Part shown: positions 13,654 to 26,416 of the stretch, in pieces
Layout of the letters: each line of letters begins with the position of its first letter
Numbering within the stretch: position 1 is the stretch's first letter
NCBI RefSeq assembly: GCF_004010195.1
Contig: NC_057754.1
Location: 8,465,023-8,529,022 of the forward strand
Reading direction: 5' to 3'
From: Chiloscyllium plagiosum
Taxonomy: Eukaryota
DNA length: 64,000 nt
The notes under the pieces: model-generated
What the model was told of the DNA's origin: nothing
Database searches by the model: none
Seen by the model: only the letters and a program-made list of their open reading frames with translations
Position numbers and translations under genes: made by a program

Positions 13654-14287
13654 TATTGTATTCATTCTATGACTTCAGCAATTTAATAACTTCATGGATT
13701 TAAAGTATCAGCAGTAACTTTCTGGAATAAACTTTCCCAAGATCAAAAGGGACACAAGGAAACTGTTGAGAAATTAAAAGCAACATGCTAATTAACCACC
13801 CTGGGAAGAAAGAATCAAAGCAAAATAAATAAACTGTTTCCTGGGAGAGAGGAGATCACACTACTCGATAACGCACTGCCTCGTGACACAAGGGCAGTTA
13901 CAATTTCCTGCAGAAGGAATGTCCTGAAGTAAAGGAGTTATTTGCAGGACATGCTGTTTCAAACAGGCAGCTAACACCGAATGTAACAAGGAATAGTGGA
14001 GCGACTTCTGATGAGAAGGCAATTGACAAAACTTCACGTCTCCATAAGTGGGAATGGTGGGAATGGAAGAATCTTTTGAATCATCAATATGTCACACCAC
14101 AAATTTGAAAGAGGAAAAACGTATAAGAATCCATCACCAGAACAATTCAGCAGCAGAGCTTCAAAGAACAACACTGCACAAGGATCAAATTCTGGATACT
14201 TAGAGACAAAACTGGTTGATTGGAATTTTAGTTAAATTCTGTCATTAATTGGGTAATAGCCAAGTTGTGTTGTCAGGATTAACAAAT

Positions 14288-14965
14288 AGATCTTGGAATG
14301 CAGGTACATAGTTCCTTGAAAGTGGAGTCGCAGGTAGATAGGATAGTGAAGAAGGCGTTTAGTATGCTTCCCTTTGTTGGTCACAGCATTGAATATGGGA
14401 GTTGGGATGTCATGTTGCAGCTGTACAGGACATTGCTTAGGCCACTTTTGGAATATTGCATGCAATTCTGGTCTTTTTCCTATCAGAAGGATGATATTAA
14501 ACTTGAAAGGGTTCAGAAAAGATTTACAAGGATGTTGCCAGAGTTGGAGGGCTTGAGCTGTTGGGAGAGGCTGAATAGATCGGGGCTGTTTTCCCTGAAG
14601 CGTCAGAGGCTGAGGGATGACGTTATAGAGGTTTATAAAATCATGAGGGGCATTGATAGGATAGACAAGGTCTTTTCCCTGGGGTGGGGGAGTTCAGAAC
14701 TAGAGGGAACAGATTTAGGGTGAGGGGGGAAAGATTTTAAAAGGAACCTAATGGGCAACCTTTTCATGCAGAGGATGGTGCATGTATGGAATGAACTGCC
14801 AGAGGAAGTGGTGGAGGCTGGTACAATTACAACATTTAAAAGGCATCTGGATGGGTATATGAATAGGAAGGGTTTGGAGGGATATGGGCCAAGTGCTGGC
14901 AAATGGGACAAGATTAATTTAGGATATCTGGTCGGCATGGAAGGGTCTGTTTCTTTGCTGTACAT
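14288..14965 (+). mobile_element. CR1 LINE 3' fragment
   Basis: ORFs 14298-14723 (LYRTLLRPLLEYC, LERVQKRFTRM) and 14751-15020 (WNELPEEVVEA). Confidence 0.95.
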
Positions 14966-15691
14966 GTTTACGCTTCTGTGCCTACTTGAGGGGTCTTATT
15001 TTGGTTGCTATGTGCAATAAAGTTAAACTCATTGTTTCAGAAATTGTATTTTTTTTGTCATGTATGTGCAGCTGTAGGACACAGTGAACAACAACAAGTG
15101 CAGAAATCTTTAATCATATCCCACCACCAAAAAAAAAAGGAACATCCAAGTGGCCAGTGACAAGCAGAGCCCTTCTCAACAAAGGGCAATGCTGAGTGAT
15201 CAAAAGAGGTGGAGGGGAGAGCAGGGACTAAATCAAAATAGGATCGGAGAGGGAAATTAGACCCTCCACAACCCACAGTGCCCACCTCTTCCTGAAAACT
15301 GGAGGGTGTTTGATTCAGTACTTGTTTGTCTGAGATGTCTTAAGTATCTGAATTAAAGGTAGCTTGTAATTTGCGTGCAACATGTCTCTCTATGGTCTTT
15401 CTCCAAAAATGTATCTCCTCACAATTCTCTGCATTGAACTCATCTGCCCGTTCTGTCAACAGCTTAGAGTCCTTTTAAAGTGTTACACTGTCCGCACAGT
15501 TTAAAATGCTTTCAAGTTTTGTAAAAGCTCTATAAAATGTTGTAAACCAGCACTTGTGAATTCAATCCTTATAGAACCTCTGAGGAATTTTATAGTCCCC
15601 TCACCTTAAAAGAAATTAGATGTACTAAAGGAAAGGGGGAAAATTTTAAATGTTTGAATAAATAATGAAAAATTGGTTAATGTCACCTATA

Positions 15692-15770
15692 GGAGAAAGT
15701 GAGGACTGCAGATGCTGGAGATCAGAGTCAAGAGTGTGGTACTGGAAAAGCACAGCAGATCAGGCAGATC
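15692..15770 (-). mobile_element. Neptune-type Penelope pLTR fragment
   Basis: ggagaaagtgaggactgcagatgctggagatcagagtc, as at 48659 and 50368. Confidence 0.8.
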
Positions 15771-15784
15771 CTTGGATGTCATCT

Positions 15785-16000
15785 AAGTGTGGAAGCAGGC
15801 CATTTGGCCCATCAAGTCTACACCAACTCTAAACAGCATCCCATCCAGACCCAGCTCCGCTACACTACAAACATGCATTTCACAAAACTAATTCATCTAG
15901 CCAACACATATCTGGACACTATGGTTAATTTAGCATTGCCAATCCACCTCACCTATACATCTTCTGTGGGAGAAAGCCCATGCACACACAGGAAGAATGG
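15785..16000 (-). mobile_element. V-SINE, degenerate
   Basis: Reverse-complement tail and V-domain remnants. Confidence 0.65.
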
Positions 16001-16379
16001 GTGACTGCTAATTTTAAATCAATGACTGCTAATGTCATCCACAAAAAAAAGCATTCTTGCCACATCCACCTTGTCAAGACCATTCAGCAGCTCAGACACT
16101 CCAATCATGTAACTTTGAAAACTCTAGTGGAAGCAAGCCCAGTCTGTCCACCAATCTTCATAAGAATATTCATTCCAAGTATCAAGCTAGTAAATCTCCT
16201 ATTCTAATGCACTTACATCCTTCCTGGTGCAATGAGGCAACAGTAAATCATTGAGCCACCGTGCTGACCTAGCCACCTCCAGCATGATACCACCACTAAA
16301 TATATCTTCCCCTTTCGTCTCTTTTCAGTATTCTAAAGTAAGTATTTGCTTTGTGACATTCTGGTGCATTCCTCTTACC

Positions 16380-16530
16380 TCCAACAACTCAACCCTCTCA
16401 CACTTTACCATACAGTTGCAGGTGATGGAACACTTGCCTTTTCATTTCCTCACAGTCAAAGGCCCTAAATACTCCTTCCAGGTAAAGGAGTGATACTTCT
16501 TTAATCTAGTCCACTATATCCGCTGCTCAT
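16380..16530 (+). mobile_element. Old Penelope GIY-YIG remnant
   Basis: ..VKGPKYSFQVK..NLVHYIRCS, homologous to the GIY-YIG region at 21870-21950. Confidence 0.55.
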
Positions 16531-16890
16531 AGGAACATAGAAAACAGGAGCAGAAGAAGGCAATTCAGCCCTTTGAGTCTCCTTCATCATTATATATGAT
16601 CACAGCTGATCATTTAATGCTACCTTGAACCTGCCTCTTTCTCCCCATACTTTTACATCCTTTTAGCCCTAAGAACTATATCTAAATGTTTCATGAACAC
16701 ATTCAATGTTTCAGCCTCAACTGCTTTGTGTGGCAGAGAATTCCATAGACTCACCACTGAGTGAAGAGATTCCATCTCATTTTAGTCCTAAGTGGCCTGT
16801 CACTATTCTTAAGCTGTGATGTCTGGTTCTGTTCCCCAGTCATCAGGAACATTCTTTACTGCATCTACCCTCTCAGTCCTGTTAGAATTC
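16530..16890 (-). mobile_element. CR1 3' fragment
   Basis: Reverse-complement LWNSLP..AVEA coding and 3' UTR. Confidence 0.75.
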
Positions 16891-19164
16891 TATGGGTTCA
16901 CAATGTAGTCTTTCTACAATGGGGAGACCATTACCATTTCAACACACTGTCTTGCTGTCATGCTTACATTTCTGAGCAAGGTCTGATGCAGTTTCCAGTG
17001 AAATTCAATGAAAGCTGGAAGAACAGCTTTCCACTTAGTTGTTTTACAGGTTTCTGAACACAATGTTAAGTTCAACAAATTCAGATTTCGAACCTTGACC
17101 TTCATTTTAATATATATGTACACATATATTCCCTCGGTGCCTGCCTCTTATTTTCGTGGTGTTGCATTCACCTAGAACTGACACTGATTCCATAATTAAC
17201 ACCCAATCTTTGTTCTCTCTGCAGCTATTATCATTGTCTTTTGCCTTACATTCCTTGTTACATTTGATCTGTAACCTCCCTCACCTTTGATATCTTTGTT
17301 GACTTTCTCTTCTGTTACACTTGCCTGCCCCCCCCCCCCCCCTAAAACACATCATTTCCCCCTTCTGTTTATTTCTGAAGAGTCATACTGGACTCAAAAC
17401 ATTAACTCTTGTTTCTTTCTCTACAGCTGCTGCTAAGTTTCTCCAGCACTTTAGGAACAATCTTAAAGGAGCAAAGTGTGGATTTCATGTTCCTGTGAAC
17501 AGCTATGGTTATCGTCATCGGCTGAATCCATTGCTTTTCAGTACCATATGTCTTTCGTTTTGCGGCTCTGCTTTCCAAATAAACATTTTTTTAAAAAAAC
17601 AGCCTGTGTTTGCAACAACTAGCTCATTGACCTGGGAGCTGGATGGGCAGAGGGAGCTGGCGACAGGACAGGGACAGAACAGAAAGAGTTGTAACATGGA
17701 AGTGTTTAGAATTTGCCGTATGTCTGTTGCTTTTTGTAAGGAATGTCTGCTGTGCATTGTCTTGAAGGTTTTGGAAATTGGATGTTCCGCATGAGCAGCT
17801 TGTGGGACTCTTTTGCCTTGCCTTCCATTTCATGTTCCAGGTCACAGCAGCTCTGGCCATTTCCTGAAGAAACTTCCGTTTACCTAAATCTGCCTTTTGT
17901 CAGAGAAACTTGTATCTTATCCAGGTCGTTCTGAAGTGAAGAAATGGCACAGAAAATGTGAATCACCCAAGCTACAAGGCTCTCCTGCAGTTTAGATGAG
18001 GCACTTCTAATCCCATGGCACAGGATTGATTCCTGGTCATGGAATTATTGCTCCTGAACTTGCAGAATAAACACAAGTTGTTGCTGATTGACACCAGAAA
18101 AAAACACGTGAATCAGGAAGTGTTCCAAATTCTTGTCAGTGCTGGAAATACTGGTGCATTTAGCCAGAAACAGTTCCAGAGACCAAGTGAAGTAAAAAGG
18201 CAGATAAAAACTCCAAGAAGACTCCTTGTAGATGGTAATGACTGAAAATTCTTGTCTCCATAGACACCTATCACTCCTGATTGATCAGCTATAATTGCTC
18301 TACCTCCCTGTGTTTTTCTTTGCCTGTGTACAGTACAGATGGAGCCCTTTGGCCTATCGAGCCTGCAACAATAAAACCTATTCTAAATCTGCAGTAGTTC
18401 CACTTTGCAGCACTTGGCCCACAGCCTTGAATGTCCTGGTACTTCAGGTGCTCATCCAAGCATGTGTGTGTTTTCCTTTGTGGCTGTTAATGCAATTCAG
18501 TTCTCTATTGTTACAAATTAATGTTTTCACATTAGCTGTGTGGCTTTATCTTAAAATCCAGGAGGAGAAAAATAGCAAATCTAAAATGCACAAAAGGAAT
18601 TTTCATTGGTTTGAGTGGAGACTGTTCCAATATTAAGTAATCATTTGTTATAAAGTGGAGAATGGACTAAATTTTCACCCAGCACCATTTAATAAAAGAA
18701 ACGGAGTTGTTGTGGTCACGTGGTGAAGAGAACGGACATATTGTGAGAATGAATTTATAAGTACAAATAGTCCAAATTGAAATTCCTCTGACATTACAAA
18801 CATTTTGCTACTTTCAAGTCTCAAAAGGAATTTGAAATTAAAAGTTCCATCACAAATGTTACAGGAGCAGATAGATTATAATCCCCAGGAAAGTTTGAAC
18901 AGCCTGAAGCTCTTTTCTCGAGAAAAGAGAAGACTGAGAGGTAACCTGATAGAAATGGAAAGCTTTGACCTTATTTTGTTAGGGATTCAATATAAAATTT
19001 ATCACTCAGCTGGAGATCTGTATATCTTGAATTTAGAGATACAGAAAATACATTATATTGAGATATAGTTTTTCAGATTATTTTGTCATCCATTGAATCA
19101 ATATTTCTCGTCAAATTTTCTGTCATTAAATTGTAATGGTTGACTACACTCAAAGTCAACTAGA

Positions 19165-19310
19165 TGGAAGTGAGGACATCAGATGCTGGAGATTAGAGTC
19201 GAGCGTGTAGTGCTGGAAAGCACAGCAGGTTAGACAGCATCCGAGGAGCAGGAGAATTGACGTTTCGAGCAAAAGCCCTTCCTAATGAAGGGCTTTTGCC
19301 CGAAACATCT
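19165..19310. mobile_element. Neptune-type pLTR with short fold-back
   Basis: gtttcgagcaaaagcccttc / gaagggcttttgcccgaaac inverted pair; the hammerhead core is mutated to CTAATGA. Confidence 0.8.
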
Positions 19311-20847
19311 ACACTACAAAAGTACTTTAAAGTTTATAAGTCTTGCCTAGAGGTGGTGAAAGGCTCTGATTAATTGTTGGTCTTTCTTTCTGCCTGTCAA
19401 TCTGAGTTAAATGATCTCACGGAATGGTGAGGCTATTCAATTTCTTTCTGTGTCTCTTATCAAGTTCTAAGAATCATATCAGACTTGAAATGTGAACTTG
19501 GTTTTTTTCTCCACAGATACTGCCAGGCCTGCTGTGCTTCTATATTTTCCAGTGTTTATAGCATCCTCAGTATTTTGCTATGGACTCTCAACTGATGTAA
19601 AAGTCTGAGATGGAGAGATTTTGTGGAACGTAAATGAATAAAGGGCTGTCACAGGGGTGTTGAAAGTAGAGGTTTGGACCACAAGCTGAAAGTTTGAGGT
19701 CCTGAGCTCAGAGAGTTATGACTACTGTGGAGCTCCAACCAAGCTATTACAGCTTTGTTCCCTTATGAACAGTTCACTGCTTTCACAGCTCCCCAACCCA
19801 CTCTTTAAATTCTACGGTTGTGGTAAATTTCAAACCCTGAAGTAAGTGCACAGTGGAGGAAAAAAAGACAGTTTGGGAAGTGATAGGCGATCAAGATTTG
19901 GTCATCTTCAGTGGGCTTCAGTAACAGAAGAGGTTTTCAGAACCGAATGGCTGATTCCTGCTCCTTTTCCCATGTTCTATTGCAGTGGAAATAGTCGTTA
20001 AATCTAACAAGAAAGGCACTATTGATGTAGGAGTGTGGTGATGCAGTCTAACAGCGCTGAGTTAAGATTCCAATCTCACTGTAGTCTTGGGTGACACTTT
20101 CTTTGATCTTGAAACCTCAGCTGTTACAACTTGAGGACGTTTGCTGTGCATGAATGCTTCTTCTCATGTGAAGTGGATACAGTCCGACTCAATTTGAGAA
20201 TGAAGAAACTCGAGGAATGGAGAGCTGGACCTCACTCTTGAAAACAACATCAACTTTTAAACAAAAACCTCATGTGACATTTGAATCTACAACACTAACT
20301 TTGAGAATTTCAGACTGTACCAAATGAGTTAGCTGGGTACAATTAACCCCATGTCACATCCATATTACTGGGAGACAAATGTCAGTTTTCATTTGGTGCC
20401 TCAGTTTGTTCTGAATTTCACGCTGAAGAAATCCATCAAATAATGGTGCAAGGTTCCAATTCATTCCTCTCAATCACCAATAACATCATTCAATCTTTCA
20501 CTTCTCGAATGCACTCTTTCCAAATATTGCAATCCATTTTTAGCACTTGTTCTGGAATTGAATATTCAATATTAAAATTTAGTGTTAATTAAAATTATTA
20601 TAATATCCTAATCCTTAAGGAGCCCTGCTATTACTTTCAATCACTGAGAGACGGTGAATGAACATGTATCTGCTTCCTATAATTTCTGTTGTAAAGAAAT
20701 GCTAATCTGAAGAGTAACAATCAACTATTTGATGCTCTCGCCTGAAAGTTTGCCACTACTTATTTGAACCAACTGAATTTTAAGAGTTGGTTCAAAAGGT
20801 TCTAAGGACAAAAAGGATTTTAGCCCTTTTATATGAAAAGAAACATT

Positions 20848-21630
20848 CATAGTCATATGGTCATACAGCACAAAAACAAACCCTTCTGTCCAACTGGTCT
20901 ATGCCAAACATAATCCCAAATTAAATTAGCCCCGTCTGCCAGCTCCTGGCCCATATCCCTCTAGAGTTTTCCTATTCATGTTTAAAAGACATTTGGATAA
21001 GTATGTTGTAATTTTACCCACATCCACCATTTCCTTAGGAACTTCAAACCACATGCGAACCACCCTCTGTGTAAAACGTTTGTCCTTCATGTCTTTTTAA
21101 AATGTCTCTCATCTCATCTTAAAATATGACCCCTAGTCTTAAAATCCCCCATCCCAGGGAAAAGACGATTACCATTAACTCTATCTACATCTCTTATTCA
21201 TAGAATCCCTACCATGTGGAAACAGGCCATTTCGCCCAGCAAATCCACACCAACTCTCTGAAGAGCCTCCCATTCAGACTCACCCTATCCCTGTAACCCT
21301 GCATTTCCCATGGCTAATCCACCTAACCTGCAAACCCTGGACATTACAGCAATTTAGCATAGCCAATCTACCTAAACCTGCACATCCTTGGACTGTGGAG
21401 GAAACTGGAGCACCTGGAGGGAACCCATGCAGACTCAGAGAGAACGTGCAAGCTCCACACAGTCGCCTGAGGCTGGAGTTGAACTTGGGTCCCTGGTGCT
21501 GTAAGGTAACCACTGAGCCACCGTGCCACTTTATTTCATTTCATAAACTTCTATAAGTTTATTTTGTAAACTTCTATAAGGTTGCCTCTCAACCTCCTAC
21601 GGCCCAGTAAAACAAAATCCCAGCCTATCT
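20848..21630 (-). mobile_element. CR1 3' fragment interrupted by a V-SINE
   Basis: Reverse-complement CR1 3' UTR and RT C-terminus. Confidence 0.8.
21200..21528 (-). mobile_element. V-SINE
   Basis: Reverse-complement tRNA head (gagccaccgtgcc) and V-domain. Confidence 0.85.
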
Positions 21631-22052
21631 GGGTCAAATGTGTCAACAAGATGAAAAATGGCAGAAGGAATTCAATCTGGATAAATGTGAGCAGGTCAGG
21701 CAGCATGCAAGGAGCAGGAGAATCGACGTTTCAGGCATGAGCCCTTCTTCTCCCTCCGTGACTCCCCTGTCAAGTCCACACCCCCCACCAACCCAACCTC
21801 CACTCCCGGCCCCTTACCCTGCAACCGCAAGAAATGCAAAACTTGCGCCCACACCTCCCCACTTACTTCCCTCCAAGGTGCCAAGGGATCCTTCCATATC
21901 CACCACAAATTCACCTGCACCTCCACACACATCATTTACTGCATCCGCTGCACCCGACGTGGCCTCCTCTATATTGGGGAGACAGGCCGCCTACTTGCGG
22001 AATGTTTCAGAGAACACCTCTGGGACACCCGGACCAACCAACCCAACCACCC

Positions 22053-22616
22053 NNNNNNNNNNNNNNNNNNNNNNNNNNNNNNNNNNNNNNNNNNNNNNNN
22101 NNNNNNNNNNNNNNNNNNNNNNNNNNNNNNNNNNNNNNNNNNNNNNNNNNNNNNNNNNNNNNNNNNNNNNNNNNNNNNNNNNNNNNNNNNNNNNNNNNNN
22201 NNNNNNNNNNNNNNNNNNNNNNNNNNNNNNNNNNNNNNNNNNNNNNNNNNNNNNNNNNNNNNNNNNNNNNNNNNNNNNNNNNNNNNNNNNNNNNNNNNNN
22301 NNNNNNNNNNNNNNNNNNNNNNNNNNNNNNNNNNNNNNNNNNNNNNNNNNNNNNNNNNNNNNNNNNNNNNNNNNNNNNNNNNNNNNNNNNNNNNNNNNNN
22401 NNNNNNNNNNNNNNNNNNNNNNNNNNNNNNNNNNNNNNNNNNNNNNNNNNNNNNNNNNNNNNNNNNNNNNNNNNNNNNNNNNNNNNNNNNNNNNNNNNNN
22501 NNNNNNNNNNNNNNNNNNNNNNNNNNNNNNNNNNNNNNNNNNNNNNNNNNNNNNNNNNNNNNNNNNNNNNNNNNNNNNNNNNNNNNNNNNNNNNNNNNNN
22601 NNNNNNNNNNNNNNNN
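22053..22616. other. Assembly gap (564 N)
   Basis: Run of N. Confidence 1.
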
Positions 22617-22651
22617 TTCCTGAAGAAGGGCTCATGCCCGAAACGTCGATT
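22617..22651 (+). ncRNA. Minimal type I hammerhead ribozyme motif (Neptune pLTR)
   Basis: ttc-CTGAAGA-a-gggc tcat gccc-GAAA-cg-TC-ga: complete core, stem II and palindromic ACGT stem III. Confidence 0.75.
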
Positions 22652-23189
22652 CTCCTGCTCCTTGGATGCTGCCTGACCTGCTGCACTTTTCCAGCAACAC
22701 ATTTTCAGCTCTGATCTCCAGCATCTGCAGTCCCCACTTTCTCCTAAACTGTTCAATTATACATTTTAGGAATTTGTTTTGCAAAAGTATGGTCTGCAAA
22801 AGAAATTGATCTAGCAATGGAATCGTACAGTCACATAGCATATTAGAAGGCCAATAGTGTTGATCTCAGCTTTCTCAAAAGAGAATTCTTCCAAATTTTC
22901 TTTCCTTTTTCCATAACCATGTCAGATTTGTCCTTTCAAGTCTTGTTTCCATTTCTTACTCTGTCTCACGCTCCTCCCTCCATCTCTCATTGTTTCTTTC
23001 CCACTCTCCCCCCTCACTTATCCAGCTACTCATCCTCATTCCTCACTCTCACCGACCCACGCATTCCTCCCCTCTCCCGTACCGTTTTCCCCTACGAATG
23101 ACCCACTCTGCCCTCCTCCCCCACCCCAACTCTCCCCCAATAAACCCGACAAAATAACCCCAGCAACTCCTTAATATTTTCCACACATC

Positions 23190-23650
23190 TGGCCGACTTT
23201 CTCACTTCAGCAGAGCAATGAATAATGTACGATGACAATGGCGAGAATATTACCCAGCGTTCCGAGCGACGGAGACAGTCCCCTATTCGCCCCATTGACA
23301 ATCCCTGCACGTGACGCCGGGGAAAGCCATTGTTCCGCCCGGCTGCACGAAAGGTAACAATCCAGCTGGTGCCCGTGGGGCAGGCGGTAGGACCGACCGG
23401 TGCGTCCGCAGCTTGCACCGGCGACAGCTTTCCCGGTGGGAAGCCTGGAGAAACGGCCGCCACGTTTGTAGGGGGCAATGAGCCTGTTCAATGCTGGTCT
23501 GCAAGGGACAATGTTGCTGCATTGACAGGGAAGGAGGTTTTAATGGGAGGGTGGAGAGATCTGGGGAAGGCAGTAGGGAGGGGACATACACCCAAGGAGA
23601 GGGCCAGACCGGACTGAACCCAACCCAACCCTCGGCGTGAACTGTAGCTT
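23190..23650 (+). promoter_or_regulatory. CpG-island promoter / probable first exon of ZNF gene C
   Basis: CpG-rich, with E-box CACGTGAC at ~23308 and a candidate donor AAG|GTAACA at ~23353. Confidence 0.55.
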
Positions 23651-24039
23651 CTGGAAGGCCCAGATCAAGCTCAGCAGGAGAGGAGAGAGGATTGGGGTGA
23701 ACCTTTACTGAATCTAGGAGCGGAGCTCTCGAGGTGACATCAGGGTTCAAAAAGAACTCAGGGCAAGAAGATTGGTTGCTTTGAAACCAGCTTCAGAGAC
23801 TGAGTGAGTCGTACTGGGAGGGGGATAGAATGTAAAGTGCTTATTTCCGTGGTCCGTAGTTTGTTAGGAAGGGGCGAGAAATCTGATTTGGCAAGTAGCC
23901 GGTCAGGTTGAGTAACTTTTTCTTCGCTTATTCTTTTGAATTGGTGGAATTCAAAATAGCAGGAGAACTCGGCTGTGTTCCTACAATATGTGGGAAATGA
24001 GGGACACTTTGAAAAGTCCATGATGACCCATGTATGTGA

Positions 24040-24126
24040 AAAAGGGCTAATGCCCGAAACGTCGATTCTCCTGTTCCCTAGATGCTGCCTGACCTGCTGC
24101 GCTTCTCCAGCAACACATTTCCATCA
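24040..24126 (+). mobile_element. Neptune pLTR fragment inserted in CR1 ORF1
   Basis: agggctaatgcccgaaacgtcg..., with tatgtgaaaaa duplicated at 24033 and 24127. Confidence 0.8.
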
Positions 24127-24526
24127 TATGTGAAAAATGTATTCACCTGCGGCTGGGGCTGATGATGGACTCACCATGACACTGAGGACATCATGGGTAG
24201 CACGTTTACTGAGCTTGTCACACCACAAGTAAGGTCTACAACAGTAGAAACGTATTGGGTGACCACTAGACAGACAAGAAGGCATGGGCAGGTTGTGCAG
24301 GAGCCGCTATCAACAGATGTACAATGTTGGATAATTTTGAGTAGAATGGCGTCTCGGGAGAAAGCAGCAACAGCCACAGCTGGCTCTACTGCATGGTGGA
24401 AGAGCATTAGTGATAGGGAATTTGATTGAATGGGGAACTGCCTCGCCACCAACTAGACACTTGAATGGTATGTTGCCCCCTCCCTCCCCTGTGCCAGGGT
24501 CAGGGATGTCTCAGAGAATTTGCAGG

Positions 24527-25306
24527 GCTTTGGATGTAGGTTTACTCACTGAGCTTGAAGGTTCATTTCCAGATGTTTCATCACTCTACTAGGTAACATC
24601 TACAGTGGGTCTCAGGCAAAGCAATGCTGAAAATTCCTGCTTCCTATTTATATGTTTAGGTTTCTTTGGGTTGGTGATGTTATTTCCTGTGGTGAAGTCA
24701 CTTCCTGTTCCTTTTCTCAGGGGGTGATAGATGGGGTCTAATTCGACGTGTTTGTTGATAGAGTTCCAGTTGGAATGCCACGCTTCTCATGCGTGTCTTT
24801 ATTTGGCTTGTCCTAGGAGGGATGTGTTGTCCCAGTTGAAGTAGTGTCCTTCCTTTTCTGTATGTAAGGATACTAGTGAGAGAGGGTCATGTCTTTTTGT
24901 GGATAATTGATGTTCATGTATCCTGGTGACTAGTTTTCTGCCTGTTTGTCCAATGTAGTGTTTGTTACAGTCCTTGTACGGTATTTTGTAAATGACATTA
25001 GTTTTGCTTGTTGTCTGCATAGGGTCTTTCAAGTTCATTAGCTGCTGTTTTTGTGTGTTGGTGGGTTTGTGGGCTGAGAAAAGGAACTGGCAGTGACTTC
25101 ACCACAGGAAATAACATCACCACAAGAAATGACATCACCAATCCAAACATAAAATAGGAATTTTCAGCATTGCTTTGCCTGAGGCCCACTGAAGATGTTA
25201 TCTAGTATAGTGACGAAACATCTGGAAATAAACCTTCCAGCTCAGCGAGCAAACCTACATCCAAAACCTCAACCTGGGCCTACAAATCTTCTCAAAACTT
25301 GCTAAG
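24527..25306 (-). mobile_element. Poseidon-type Penelope-like element with GIY-YIG and inverted pLTR
   Basis: ORF 24799-25038 NVIYKIP..CNKHYIGQTGRKL..RIHEH. pLTR ~24530-24720 is inverted against ~25075-25265. TSD ttgcagg at 24520 and 25307. Confidence 0.9.
25186..25225 (+). ncRNA. Minimal hammerhead motif (Poseidon pLTR)
   Basis: cca-CTGAAGA-t-gttatctagtatagtgac-GAAA-ca-TC-tgg; stem I cca/tgg. Confidence 0.6.
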
Positions 25307-26108
25307 TTGCAGGACATTCTGAAGGGGCAGGGTGAACAACCCCCCAGCAGTAGTGGTATATCTTGGTACCAACGATGTGGGTAACAAGAAGAAATGAGGT
25401 CCTGCAACAGAAATTTAGAGTTAGGTAGGAGATTAGAGGATCAATAATAAGATGGTAATTTTTGGATTCCCCCAGTGCTGCATACTACTGAGTATAAGAA
25501 TAGGAACATAGATCAGATGAAAAACTATCCAAAGTTGGCTTGCAACTGGGTGACAAAGGATGTTGGTTGAGAGATGCTTTTATGGTTGAAAGCAGTATAG
25601 CACTGAGAATGATGCTGAGACCCTTGCTGTTTGCTATGTACATTATGACTTGAATGTGAATGTAGAAAGTATAATTGATAAGTTTGCACATGACACAAAA
25701 TGGTGGGTCTTGTTGATAGTGAGGAGGATGCTAAATCTGGTATTGATCAGTTGGTAAATTGAGCAGAACAGTGGCAGGTGAAATTCAATCATGATAAGTA
25801 CAAGGTGATGCATTTGGGAGGCTTAATAAGGGAAAAATATACATAATGAATGGTAGGTTCCTTGGGAGTACTGAGGAGCAAAGGGATCTTGGTGTACCAG
25901 TCCTTAGATCCCTGAAGATGTCAGCACAGGTAGATAGAATGCTGACAAAGGCATACGGGTTGCTTATCTTCTTTAGTGGGATTGTAGAATATAGGAGCAA
26001 GGAGGTCTTGTTACAACTTTATAAAGCATTGATTATGCAACATATGAAACACTGTGTGTAGTTTTAGTTGCCACATGATTGGAAGGATGGGATTGTACTG
26101 GAGAAGGT

Positions 26109-26416
26109 ACGGTGGCACAGTGTTTAGCACTGTTACCTCACAGCGCCAGAGACCCGGGTTCAATTCCCGCCTCAGGCGACTGACTGTGTGGAGTTTGCAC
26201 GTTCTCCCCGTGTCTGCGTGGGTTTCCTCCGGGTGCTCCGGTTTCCTCCCACAGTCCAAAGATGTGCAAGTCAGGTGAATTGGCCATGCTAATTGTCCGT
26301 AGTGTTAGGTAAGGGGTGAATGTAGGGGTATGGGTGGGTTGCGCTTCGGCGGGTCGGAGTGGACTTTTGGGCCGAAGGGCCTGTTTCCACACTGTAATGT
26401 AATCTAATCTAAAAAA
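26109..26416 (+). mobile_element. V-SINE, near full length
   Basis: A box tggcacagtgtt, B box ggttcaattcc, V-domain, taatc tail; inserted into CR1. Confidence 0.95.

Larger units (their letters stand above)
21690..22745 (+). mobile_element. Neptune-clade Penelope-like element: GIY-YIG endonuclease, 3' pLTR, and inverted 5' pLTR piece
   Basis: ~21755-22052 translates as PCNRKKCKTCAH...FTCTSTHIIYCIRC..GLLYIGETGRLLAECFREH (Cys-rich linker plus GIY-YIG). pLTR at 22617-22745; inverted pLTR piece at 21690-21750. Confidence 0.9.

Noticed and set aside
21638..22756. Long ORFs of 231-358 aa
   Set aside because: They are artefacts of reading through the N gap. The real signal is the GIY-YIG frame.
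23092..23750. Overlapping ORFs in the CpG islands (also 6809-7123 and 12422-12791)
   Set aside because: GC-rich sequence is poor in stop codons, and no recognisable domains are present.
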